64,000 nt of DNA from an uncultured Candidatus Peribacteria bacterium (lineage in GTDB: Bacteria > Patescibacteriota > Gracilibacteria > BD1-5 > UBA2023): contig CAZZNY010000001.1 of NCBI GenBank assembly GCA_964655935.1, positions 214,606 to 278,605 on the forward strand, in the 5' to 3' direction. A program made the translations under genes and the position numbers. Under the pieces are notes generated by a model that made no database searches, was not told the origin of the DNA, and was given only the letters and a program-made list of their open reading frames with translations. This document shows, piece after piece, positions 37,880-49,205 of this stretch; the first letter of the stretch is position 1; each line of letters begins with the position of its first letter.

Positions 37880-38001
37880 CTGAAAAAACTAAAATTATGG
37901 ACAAATTAAAATAATACTTTTGCAGTATAGTAAAAAGACAGAGAAAGTAAAAGTGAATGAAGAAAAAACAAAGAATATCCAGAATGAAAATATTTTATTA
38001 A

Positions 38002-38033
38002 AAAATGCTCTTCAAATCTCTGAAGAGCATTTT
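38002..38033. terminator. hairpin AAAATGCTCTTCA-N7-TGAAGAGCATTTT
   Basis: 13-bp perfect stem just downstream of the 38048-38437 gene. Confidence 0.65.
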
Positions 38034-38047
38034 TAAAAACAGATGAA

Positions 38048-38437
38048 TTATATCTGCATAAAAAATCAAATATATAAAAACATAATACCGAAGATTCCCA
38101 TAAAAACGGGCATTGCGGTCATAAGTCATTTCATTTTTGCTATTTTTTTTGCGAGCTGTCTCGATAACTCAGGAAACAAGAGTAAGAGAAATCCTTTTAT
38201 GAATGTCGCCCATCCGAGAATCGTAACTATCGTCGGTATTGTTCCTGTCCACACATTATGGAACGAGATAAGTAAGAATCCACCAAATAATGCTACAAGT
38301 GCACCCAGATATAGAAGTCCCATATTCTCGACATAATTCTCGAGTATTTTTTTAAGAATACCTTTATTAAAGAGAGAGCTCAACCCTACCAAAAGAAATA
38401 TTAACCCAACCACCTGAAGAATCTGTAGATCGCTCAT
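38048..38437 (-). CDS. small membrane protein (129 aa)
   Basis: MSDLQILQVVGLIFLLVGLSSLF... It extends through TGA 38126-38128 to TAA 38048-38050. Confidence 0.55.
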
Positions 38438-38699
38438 AGTATGAAAGATTATAAAAATAAAGTAGGTACACCGACATTATAGACGAATTTTTGGAAATAC
38501 AATAAAGCTATCATCTCTCAGACAAACCCCTCAAACGGACCAAGCTATCCTTGCTTAGTCTGTTTGAGATAATCCTGGATTCTGTTTCTCGTTTTTTAAA
38601 GCTTATCACCTTTCATCTCTTTATGAGAAGGGGTGCGATTCCCTTCTCGGAAAAAAAGATCTGCAAATAATGTGATATCGAATTTTTGTGAGAATATGT

Positions 38700-40256
38700 C
38701 TATAGACTACTCAACGTAGAAAATGAGACTACTTGAACTACATCCTGAAGATTACCACTCGCATCTTCTGCGGTAAAGAATATGATGAATGCAGAAGAAG
38801 GAGAAAGACTTGTGAGCGAAAAGCTATTTGTACCCGTAGTGGTCGCGAGTGAACCTTTTATACTTGCAACCACTGAAGTCGCGTCTTGTCAGAGCTTAAT
38901 CTGTGCGGCAGTCGGTGTACTAGAACCGTTTGAAAGAACTACATAGTATCCGGTTCCGGATTCACTCACATCCACAGAGACAGTGGCTCCGGAAGAAGTT
39001 ATCCCTGTCGCGGAGAGCGCCGTGATCACTGGAGGAGTGATATCGACGATGAGCGTGGTAAGAGGGGTACTCATTACCGATATCGAGAGATTACCACTCA
39101 GGTCTTCCGCCACAAGATAGAGAACATAAGAAGTATTCGACGTGAGACCAGTAATGGTAAATGTGTTCAATCCACTCGCTACCGTACCAGAACTCGCCAG
39201 AATGACACTTCCGGAAGCTGCGTCTTGTCAGAGCTTCACTTGAGCTGCGGTCGGTGCGGTAGATCCACTCGCAAGAAGTACATAGTATCATTTTCCAGCT
39301 TCAGTACTAGTAAACGAGAGATTTGTACCAGTCGAAGTCACACCGCTTAGGGTCAAAGATGAAAGAACGGGAGGGGTGACATCGGGAATATTCGTCGTCA
39401 TAAAGGTAAGTGAGAACGCTGCAGTCTGAAGATTTCATTTTAGGTCAGCCACTGCAAAATATATTACATAAGTTTGCACTGCCGTTAAGCTAGTTACTGA
39501 GAAAGTATTCGTACCACTGGTTAGGAGTACTGAACCCCGAAGAGGTACGAGTGAACCAGAAGAGTCTTGTCCAAGCTTCACTTGAGCTGCCGTCGGTGCA
39601 GTAGATCCACTCGCAAGAAGTACATAGTATCAGATACTTGATTCATTCACAGTCGTCGTGAAAGTCGCAGAATTCATACTTATTCCACTCGCCGTAAATG
39701 CGCTCACGACTGGCGGAGTAACATCTACCACGGCTCCACTACCAGTAAGTCCATCGATTCTTTCCTGGACAAGGATTCTGATCGCTTCCAGCATATCCAG
39801 ATATTTCTCTTTTCTTTCCGGAAGCATATTTGAATTACTGATATTGTTTTCCAGTTTCGCTATCTTACCGATGACTCGAAGCAGGAAGTCAAGACGTTCT
39901 CACTGAGGAACGCGATTAATTTTTCCATCTATGATATCACGATCTCCAGTTCGAAGTGCTGGTTTTCAGAATCTCAGCATATTATTTCTTTTTTCTTTTT
40001 CTTCTCGTTCTTTTTTATCTTTGTTTTTATCTTCATTTGATTTTTTATTTTGTAATGCGGTTTTATTTTTTTCTTTTTCTTTTTTATTATCTTTATCCGA
40101 TTTTGCCACTATTTGTTTTGATTCATGTCGAGAAACAGAATTTCCCGGTGAATCTTCACCATATCCATACTGTCAGAAAGACGTATCTCCAAAAACCATC
40201 GCACCTATAAGGAGAATGCTTCCCAGCAATAGAGATGACTTGTTCTTCAATATCAT
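38700..40256 (-). CDS. secreted surface protein with three tandem ~113-aa Ig/FN3-like repeats (518 aa)
   Basis: MILKNKSSLLLGSILLIGAMVFG..., a Lys/Glu-rich spacer, then three copies of (DVTPPV.S...G.TS.GA......E.G..YYVLLASGSTAPTAAQVKLGQD...). Frame checked. TAG at 38700-38702. Confidence 0.8.
38883..39640 (-). repeat. three tandem DNA repeats, 339-342 nt period
   Basis: The anchor GTCTTGTC(A/C)(G/A)AGCTT...AGTACATAGTATC recurs at 38883, 39222 and 39564. Confidence 0.8.
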
Positions 40257-40458
40257 ACAAAATATGGTTAAGGAATAAGTCCTGTCATTATAGTCTCAAC
40301 GAGTCAGAAATCAATAGTTCAATGTAAAGATTATGTGAATTCTATGAATAAAAAATATCATAAGATATGATCGCTTCCCAGAGAGAAAAGATGGTAATAT
40401 ATAATCGATTGTGCTGATAGATAAAGGAAAAATATATGCTGTCATTTTAAGACGAAAA

Positions 40459-40491
40459 AAGCCATCTTTTTAGATTTGAAAAAGATGGCTT
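40459..40491 (-). terminator. Rho-independent terminator of the radical SAM gene
   Basis: AAGCCATCTTTTT-AGATTTG-AAAAAGATGGCTT. 13-bp stem, with a T-run on the minus strand. Confidence 0.75.
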
Positions 40492-40532
40492 ATCTGTGGT
40501 TAAATTTTCGAGTTTGTCCTAAGTTGTCTTTT

Positions 40533-41606
40533 TTAATCTTTCATATTCTTTAATTCCTGTAAAACAGACAAAGGATGTTTTGTCACTTCTGATGGCACGA
40601 TATAGCAATTCATATAACAACGACCAGTACATTTTGGGATATGTCAGTATTTTTTTACAGCCATTTTTATTGCCTCATCATACGAACCGATTTCGAGTAG
40701 ATTTATTTTATGATTGCGTAAAATTTTACAAGGATAGAGCATAGTACCATCAGATTCGATTCTCGGGGTCAGCGTCGGATGACAATCAAAGTGATCAAAA
40801 TTCAATATTTTATTCAAATACATAGGATTATCGATAAGCAACTTGTTTGTTTTTCGTTGCGTCAGAATCTTTCGAATAAGTTCTTTGTATTCCTCATCGT
40901 TTTTTATCTCGTCAGGAACTTTTCCTTCTGGTCAAACCTCAGGACCGATCGTAAATTTGATATCATGCTCAGTACAAAATTCGATAACACTTATGGCGTG
41001 TGGAACTGTTTTTTTGTTTGCGACAAAATTCACCGCCATGCTAAATCACTTTTCCTTTCGCAATCTCGCACAGAGGATAATATTTTCTTTTACTTGTTTT
41101 ACTACCTGTGATGGCATACCGATCACTTCCGAATAAGCTTGTTCATCGAGCATATCGAGACTGACCGTAAGATGCGAAATATATTCAAGAACTTCCATTT
41201 TTTGATGCATCATACTCATATTCGAGACCATGGAGACGGTGTTAAATTTCAGACGTTGACATTCTTTCAATATTTCGACTATATCCGCTCGAAGTAAAGG
41301 TTCTCCACCAGTAAAGTAGATATTCGGACAAGCTTCTCTCAAGATTTTCAGAAGTCGAAACACTTCTTCTGTACTCAAATGTTCATCGAATCGCCTCGTA
41401 TCTCCCGATCGAGCATAATCACAATACGCACAGTTAAAATTACAACCTTTCGTTATGTAATACGAGATGAAATACGGTTTCAAAATAGGATTCTTTAAAA
41501 ATCTCAATTTGCAAACGTTTCAAATGTAATTCCCTATTACTTTCAGAGAAAATGGGGTCATTTTCTTGATTTTATTCTCCATTTTCTTCTGATCGGACTG
41601 ATCCAT
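40533..41606 (-). CDS. radical SAM protein with a Cys-rich (twitch/SPASM-like) C-terminus
   Basis: CNFNCAYC (CxxxCxxC), GGEPLL, and C-terminal CTGRCYMNCY. Track ORFs 41046-41507 and 40644-40841 are in frame. An upstream in-frame ATG lies at 41604-41606; the track's TTG start is at 41507. Confidence 0.7.
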
Positions 41607-41698
41607 GATATTTTATGATATTATGATCTAAAAACGCAGAGATTATAATTCATTTATATTGTTTTCAAGCAAAAAAAATAAATCAGAGAATGTGGTAC

Positions 41699-41728
41699 AA
41701 AAAATCCTCTCATTTTCATGAGAGGATT
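41699..41728 (-). terminator. terminator hairpin AATCCTCTCAT-TTTC-ATGAGAGGATT plus T-run on the minus strand
   Basis: 11-bp stem directly after TAA 41744-41746. Confidence 0.7.
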
Positions 41729-41743
41729 CGTATGAAGCCAAGA

Positions 41744-42433
41744 TTATTTAGCTTTCTTCTTTGTTTCTTTCTTTTCAGCTTTTTCTTTTACTGGAGTTTC
41801 TTTTTCTACTTTTTTCTTAGCAGCTTTTACTGGAGCTTCTTCGATTACTTCTACTATTTCTTCTTTTACTTCTTTTTTGATAGGTTTGATGACGACGTTT
41901 TCTTTTTTAAGACCAGCAGCTTCGAGAAGTTTCATGATCTTATCAAGTTTTTCATTAAGTCGTTCAAATTCTAATTTGCTTTCATCAACTTTTCTTGGTC
42001 GATCTCGATTCTTGTCATCTGTAACAAAACAATTGCTGCAGTAAACAGGACGTTCACCATTTGGTTTGAAAGGAACCTCACATTCAGTACCACAATCAGC
42101 ACAAACAGCTTTATACATTCGTTTTTCGATAGAATCTGATCGATCAAATCGATCTCGTCGACCATCATCTCGATCTCTTCGTGGTTCTTTTCGCTCGAAA
42201 TCTCGTCCACCGTCGCTTTCTATGTTTCTAAAACAGTTACTGCAGTAAACTGGACGTTCACCGGTAGGTTTGAAAGGAACCTGACAATCATCACCACACT
42301 CAGCACAAGTTGTCTTAAACATCTCAGGTCGTCCTCCATCTCGTCCACCTCCGAAACCGCCACGGCTTCCACCACGACCGCCTCCGAATCATCCACTAGA
42401 TCTTCCACCTCTATCTCTATCAAAATTACCCAT
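41744..42433 (-). CDS. CxxC-x17-CxxC zinc-ribbon repeat protein with RGG head and Lys/Glu tail (229 aa)
   Basis: Two copies of C(A/V)(E/D)CG..C.VPFKP.GERPVYCSNCF. The N-terminus is MGNFDRDRGGRSSGGFGGGRGGSRGGFGGGRDGG. Confidence 0.75.
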
Positions 42434-42939
42434 ATGTAACGTTATTTATTATATTATATAAGTTTTGGTCAAAAAAACCTCGCATATTATATCCAAAACT
42501 TCCGGAAGTCCAATATATAATTTTCTTATGTTTGAAATTCTTGTTTTTCTTGAATTAAAAAAACACAGATATTTCAAGTATTACAGAAATATATTGAGCA
42601 AGTTCCCTGTTATTTTTCGTTATTAAATTTTCATAAAAAAATACTCAAGTTTTATCTATTTTATGCGAAAGTTTTCTTTTTGACTTATGCTCATAAAGGA
42701 CTAGACTGAATGTGTTCAACATCATCTAGTAAACCTACCGAATCTATCGGTAACCTAGAAGGAAGCTTATTTTGTCGCGGTTACGCTACAAGAATGAGGC
42801 TTATTTTCAAGCATACTTGGAAAATTTTAATGGCCGAGTAATTTTTACCTTTCTATTTCATAACAAAAACGAGGCCAGATTAATAATGTTAAATGATATT
42901 TGATCTTTCGACGATTTATTAGTTCTTAATTTGATTAAT

Positions 42940-45900
42940 ATGAAAACACTCCATAGAAATATAGTGATACTATCTACTATTATCACTGCCATATTCGTTC
43001 TTATTGGTACGAATATCACTCAAGCCTCTACTCCTATTGCACCCGTTAATCTCTTATCGGCTGGTAACTTTGCCGTACTCTCAAAAGCTGCAATAACAAA
43101 TATACCCTCTTCAATTATTACTGGTGATATTGGTGCAAGTCCCATCTCTGGAACCGCTATTGATATTACTTGTGCAGAAGTAACCGGAAATATCTATGCT
43201 GTCGATGCAGCTGGACCACTCCCTTGTGGTATCACTGATTCAGTTTTATTGACCGCTGCGATAAGCGATATGGAAACTGCTTATACGAATGCAGCAGGAA
43301 GAACTATTCCAACCGCTACCGAACTCGGAGCTGGAGATATTAGTGGTCTCACGATCACTCCTGGTCTCTATAAATGGGGTACCGATGTTATTATCTCGAC
43401 AGATGTAACTCTCTCAGGTGGAGCAAGTGATGTCTGGATATTCCAGATTGACGGAGATCTTAGCATAGCTTCTGCTAAAAAAGTCCTCCTCTCCGGTGGT
43501 GCTCAAGCGGCAAATATTTTCTGGCAAGTTGGTGGTCCTACGGGAGCAACCCTCAATACCACATCAGTATTTAATGGAACTATTTTAAGTTCAAAACAGA
43601 TTATTATGCGTACTGGAGCAACCCTCAATGGTCGAGCTCTCGCGCAAACTCAAGTAGTACTTGATCAAAACACTGTTACGGCTCCTGCAACTCAAATCTA
43701 TCTCCTTACTTCTGTAAATATTGCATCAAACAATGCTTCTGGAAGTTTTGCAACCCCAGGAGATGTTGTTACTCTCAGTTTTACTGGAAGTAAATCACTT
43801 ACTGGAGTTATAGCTACTATCTGAGGACAACCAACAACCGTAACGGGATCCACGAATTTTTGGCAAGCGTCCAGAACTATGAGTGGAACTGATTCTATCG
43901 GAAATGCTCCATTTACGATCGATTACGAAGATCTAAATCATAATGTCTGAGCTACGATAACTGGAACAACCGATTCTAGTTATGTATACTTTTTAAAACC
44001 TTTACCTGAGGTCGCTATCGACTATTCTCCAGCCACGCTCACGGGAGGATCTGTAGTGGCAACAATCTCAGGAACCGGAAGTAATCCAGCTGTTACTTTC
44101 AGTGGTTCTACGACACATACTTTTACGAATAATGGAAGCTATACTTTCGATTATTCAGATGGATCAGGAAATACTGATTCTACCTGAGCTACAGTGACCT
44201 GGATAGATAAAGTAGCCCCTGTATCTTCCGCAAAAAATGTAACACTTATTACCCAAACTGGTGCGACTATCTCATTCAATTTCACGGAAGCAAACTTTGC
44301 GAGTGGAACTGGACAAGTTCTCGTCTACACTGGCGGAACTCTTACAAATTTTGTAGAAACCGGTTCTCTCAGTCTTTCCTTCTCTGGAGGAAACTGAAGT
44401 GGAATAGCCACTTTTGAAAACCTTACTGGACCGATTCTCTATAATTACATAATCAATGTAACTGATAGTGTAGGAAATATTTCTTCTGATACTGGGGTTT
44501 TCACTTCAGCTTCAGCACCTCTTACTCTCACTGGTGGAACTGAGACACAGACTGGAGCGGTTACCTTTACGGGAACAACTATTCCAGCTGGATCTACTCT
44601 CGATCTCAGTGGCACTACCGTAAACATAATTTCAGATGTCAGTGATAGTTCATATATCACTGGATCGCTTTCCATAGATACAAACATCACGGTTACTGGT
44701 GCAACTGCATGGAACGGAGTCATAGCACCACCAAAACTTATCGATAGTACTTCTTCGGAAGCTGCGACCGGAAGTGAAATCTGATCAGGAATCACAGTCA
44801 CTGAGACAATAAAGGTCTGAGTCGACGGAGCTTCTCTTATTCCTGCGACTTCGACTTGATATTTTACTGTATCATTCATCGTTCCAGGATATTCTTCTGG
44901 TACGCTTCTAGGCTTATACCGATCTGATGATGGTACGACTTGGACACGAGTCACTCCAGACGGAAGCTGTACGCTTGATGCGAATCTGATGTGTACATTT
45001 CGTACAGATCATCTCGGATTTTTCGCACCAGTTATAGATAACGTACCAACTGCATTTAGTTTTGCTGCCGTCACTGGAGCAGAGCTGGGTACTGAGTATA
45101 CTTCTGTAATGACTGTAGCCTGAATTAATACAGGCTCTACAGTAACTATCTCCGGTGGACAATACAAAATCTGAAATGGCTCTTATGTCACTTCTGCTGG
45201 AACCGCAAATAATGGCGATATAATTACCGTAAAATTAAGTTCTTCAAATCTCTATTCTACCGCAACATCTCTGACTCTCACGGTCGGATGAATCGGTAAT
45301 GCCTTCTCGGTTACGACAAAATCACAACCAAGTTCTGGTGGTGGTGGAGGTGGAGCAAGCGCAGCTGTAGATAATTGTCCAAGTGGAGATACTTCTGCGA
45401 GTTACTATGATGGAGTATGTTCCCCTTCTGCAAACGTAACTATTAACACAAATCAGAATCAAACAGTTATTACTACTACAGTAAATGGGGCTACTACTAC
45501 AACAACTTTCATAAAACCAGCTCTAGTAATTTCATCACTGAGTGAAATCAAATTTCTCGATATCTCAGATAACTGGGCGAAAGAATATATCCAGCATCTC
45601 GTAGCACGATGAGTCATAAATAATACTACAAGATTCAATCCAGACAGCAATCTTACTCGTGCAGAGTTCTTAAAAATTGTTATCAGAGCTGCAGGATTGA
45701 CTATAGATCCTGCTGGTGCTACACCATTTCGAGATGTCGATGCGAATTCATGGTATGCACCATACATCTCATACGCACTTTCGAAAAATATCGTAACAGA
45801 CAAAAATATAAATTTTCGTCCGAACGACTCGATTAGTCGAGCGGAAGCTGCTAAAATAATCGTCGGAATCTTTGGAGTGAGCGTAGCAAATACGAACATC

Positions 45901-46071
45901 ACTTTCTCAGATGTCGATGCGAATTCTGATCTCACAAGATACATAGAAACTGCGAAAACTCTCGGTTTCTTCTCTGGACAAGTCGCGAATGGAAAACTCT
46001 ATTTCCGTCCATATGACGCTATCACTCGAGCAGAAATCGCAAAAGTTGTCGTTCTTGCATTTAAGCTCTAG
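42940..46071 (+). CDS. large cell-surface protein: DUF3494 (ice-binding-like) domain, Ig-like region, three C-terminal SLH domains (1,043 aa)
   Basis: LLSAGNFAVLSKAAITNIPSSIITGDIGASPISGTAI...IFWQVGG. The C-terminus has three copies of F.D(I/V)..NSW...YI......I......F.P...I(S/T)RAE.AK. All lines 43801-45720 were checked and only TGA interrupts. Confidence 0.8.
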
Positions 46072-46094
46072 TTCTTAGAAAATAGGAATTAACA

Positions 46095-46136
46095 AAAAAA
46101 AAACATCTCAAGATTTCTCTCGAGATGTTTTTTTCT
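46095..46136. terminator. bidirectional terminator (A-run, AAACATCTC...GAGATGTTT, T-run)
   Basis: 9-bp stem between convergent genes. Confidence 0.6.
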
Positions 46137-46137
46137 T

Positions 46138-47103
46138 TTAAAATTCAAACGGATCCAGTATCGTAATACATCCAGCCATCACATCACTCAGACCTACATA
46201 AAGCGTAGCGGAATGGTTCTCATGATGAATTAGGCCACCTGGATAGAGAATATCTTCCAGTCCTGGTATTTTCATATTATCACTCGCCGGAAAATTTTTT
46301 CTCGTGGCGATAATCTGTAGAAGCGATGCACTGTGTGTCGTCGGATCATACACGAACGACATGGCATAGTAGTGCTTTTTTTCGTCTTCTCCAAAACAAG
46401 CGATATGTCCGAGCGCTCCGATCTTCCCGTCTGGTAAAAGATAGAGTTCATTTACACCACCCCATTCTTCTGGAATAAATTGATTCTCGATGATTTTTGC
46501 CTGAAGAATAACTTCTGCGTTCAAATCCTCTAAATTTTGGATTTCTATATATCAGATCTTTCCTCTTCCACCGAGTTCACCGTGAGGACGCGTAAAAACA
46601 CCGATTCTACCGTTCGTAAGACGTATAATCCGAACGCCCTTCATTATATCCGGACCGACGGCAAATTTTTTAAGCGACTGCAGGTCTTTTCAACGATAGA
46701 AAACCGTTCGATAACCGACATGACGCGAATCGGTTCGCGGATATATCTCGATGCCACCAAAAATCATTTCCTCATCAATCGTCGTAATAAATCCATCTTC
46801 AAGCTGAAATATCGGAGCATCCGAAACGGGAACCCATACTTCATTCTTCTCTTCAAAAAAGACAATATATGACTCTGCACATGCCTCTCTTGCTTCCACG
46901 CGACCAGCAATAATCATAGTATCATTAATTCTAAACGGTGCAGTGATATTATAAACATCCCGACCATCCACGCCGGAAAAATGTAATATTTTTCCAATTC
47001 AAAGCGTTTGTCATTCCCGCGCAGGCGGGAATCCAGGATAATTAGTATCTCCTTCCATTTTTTCTTCAAAATTTTTCAGAAGTTCGGAACAGTTTATTGG
47101 CAT
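46138..47103 (-). CDS. DUF1861-like beta-propeller (GH130-like) protein; a repeat element lies inside the N-terminal coding region
   Basis: DVYNITAPF..IIAGRVEAREA...FTRPHGELGGRGKIGYIEI...LGHIACFGEDEKKHYYAMSF. Track ORFs 46690-46971 and 46138-46524 are in frame. The frame stays open to ATG 47101-47103. Confidence 0.55.
47010..47039. repeat. GTCATTCCCGC hairpin element inside the DUF1861-like ORF
   Basis: GTCATTCCCGCGCAGGCGGGAATCCAGGAT. On the minus strand it reads YPGFPPAREGQ in frame. Confidence 0.75.
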
Positions 47104-47143
47104 GTTAATAGTAATTTTGAGATAAAAATAAGATTAAAAATCC

Positions 47144-48118
47144 CTATCTCAAAACATAATTGAAAAAATATCCCGTCAAAATAATCCCGATTCCAACCAC
47201 TCCAGCAAAAATCAGAATAAGCTTCACTTTCATAATTTTTTTAAGAATCATAAACTCTGGCAGACTGAGTCCAGTAACCGCCATCATAAAAGCGAGGGTC
47301 GTTCCGATGGCTACTCATTTTTCTGTAAGCGTACTTACGAGCGGAATGATACCTGCGGCGTTCGAGTAGAGCGGTATACCGATGAGTACAGCGACCGGAA
47401 CCGCGAACAAATTATCAGATCCAGCGTATCTCACGAGAAAATCAGCAGGAACGAACCCATGAATCCACGCTCAAAGCGAAATACCGATAATAAGATATGG
47501 CCATACTTTCAAAAGAATATCTTTCGTATAATGAGTAGCATATTTCATTTTTTCTTTCCAAGAAAGATAAGAAATTTCTTGTGAATTTTCTCAGGAAGTT
47601 TTATTTTTATAGACAAAATCTTCTACTAGATTCTCTACTTTCAGTTTTCCGATAATCATACCGGAGACGATGGCGACGACGAGTCCGCTCGCGATATAGA
47701 GCAATGCGATCTTCATACCAAACATTCCGGCGAGCATCACGAGCGCGACTTCATTTATCATCGGTGAAGCGACGAGAAAAGTGAACGTGATCCCCAGAGG
47801 AACTCCTGCTTCCACGAATCCGAGAAAAAGCGGAATAGCACTGCACGTACAAAACGGTGTCACAATACCGAGAAGTCCAGCGAGTAAATGTCCGATAAGC
47901 GGATGTTTCCCAGCGATCATGCGTCTGATTTTCTCTTGCGGCAAAAAAGTACGAATAATCGAAACCACGAAAATAATCACCGAAAGTAAAATCACGATCT
48001 TAATCGTATCGTAAACGAAAAAATTAACAGCTTCTCAAAAATGATCTGTTTTTGAAAGTCAGAGAAAGCTATAGGAAATGAGGTCAGCAAAGAGTTCGAT
48101 TGGGTAGAAGAGATTCAT
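47144..48118 (-). CDS. permease of the ArsP_1/PF03773 type (CxC motif), 324 aa
   Basis: LLGIVTPFCTCSAIPLFLGFVEAGVPLG. Frame checked. TAG at 47144-47146. Confidence 0.65.
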
Positions 48119-48258
48119 GGTTTGGAATATATAAAGTTTAGTGAGGATATTATAGAGAGATTTAAAGGAATACAATTAAAATTCTTTATATATCATCATC
48201 CAAATATGAACAACGCCCGAAACCGAAGTTTCGAGCGTTGGACACAGTGCGGAAGAGA

Positions 48259-48684
48259 CTAGGCGGGATTCAGAACGACCTGGGTGAAGGATGGACCATT
48301 CTGACCATCCTTGACATCGGGATGAATTACCCCGATGGTCCAGATATTCGTCCCAGAACTGAGCGCCTGGGGTGCGAATTTTATCATATCACTACTATTC
48401 CATCTCAAATCCTTGAGAGCCATGGCATGACTCATAAAGATCTTTTTTCCTGAAAAACGACCCAGGAAAGGCTTGAGATGAGGATGTTTCTTCACGTGCA
48501 GAAGCAGATGAATGAATGTATCTTGCACGATATATTCTGTGAGCCCCCCTTCCTCATAATCGATATAAAGATGGGACTCCAAGGCGAAGAATTGCTCAGT
48601 AGCGAGCATTCGGCGCCGGGTGAGAGCGAGACCACCCACCAGAAGGATGATGGCGACGACCAAAAGAATGGAAACGATATTCAT
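48259..48684 (-). CDS. small membrane-anchored protein, compositionally foreign (141 aa)
   Basis: MNIVSILLVVAIILLVGGLALTRRR... About 50-55 % GC locally, no TGA, GGAGAGG 5 nt upstream of the ATG, TAG stop. Confidence 0.5.
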   Translation of the reverse strand: MNIVSILLVVAIILLVGGLALTRRRMLATEQFFALESHLYIDYEEGGLTEYIVQDTFIHLLLHVKKHPHLKPFLGRFSGKKIFMSHAMALKDLRWNSSDMIKFAPQALSSGTNIWTIGVIHPDVKDGQNGPSFTQVVLNPA

Positions 48685-49205
48685 AAAAACCTCTCCGCGC
48701 TTTCCAGCGCACTGTGTGGCTTGTGGACATTGTCCGCAAACCAAGTTATGATTGGTTACGGAGAATTCACTCCAAGTAAGTTTATTATAAAATAATTATT
48801 CATTTGTCAATTAAATTCTTGTTTGTTTAAAAAAATCAAAATATAATAAAAAAGGGCTCTATAATGATAAAAAAGTCTATAAACTATAGAAAAATAAATT
48901 ATATGTTTAAAGTACTTTTTTTGCCTGATCTAAAGCAATTTAGTATTAAAATATTAGCTAAAAATGATTGTCAAGATTGAATAAATTGAAATAAATTATA
49001 ATAAGAATAATATGAGTTGTCCACTTGGATAAAAAAATAAAGACAAAATTTCCTTAAAGACACTGTTCTTTAAAATCCCCCTATTAAGAGAGAATCTATT
49101 AAGGAGGCTTTTTCTAAAAATTATCTATCAAAAACACAATCGCCTAAATCTGCAATTTCCCCTCACTCAACCTGCCCAACAAAGGGCCAAAATAGGAGAA
49201 TTACA

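Noticed and set aside
42700-42800. Possible SRP (4.5S) RNA because of CTAGAAGGAAGC, which resembles the domain IV GGAAGGAAGC.
   Set aside because: The flanks do not form the required closing helix or a GNRA tetraloop. Not supportable by eye.
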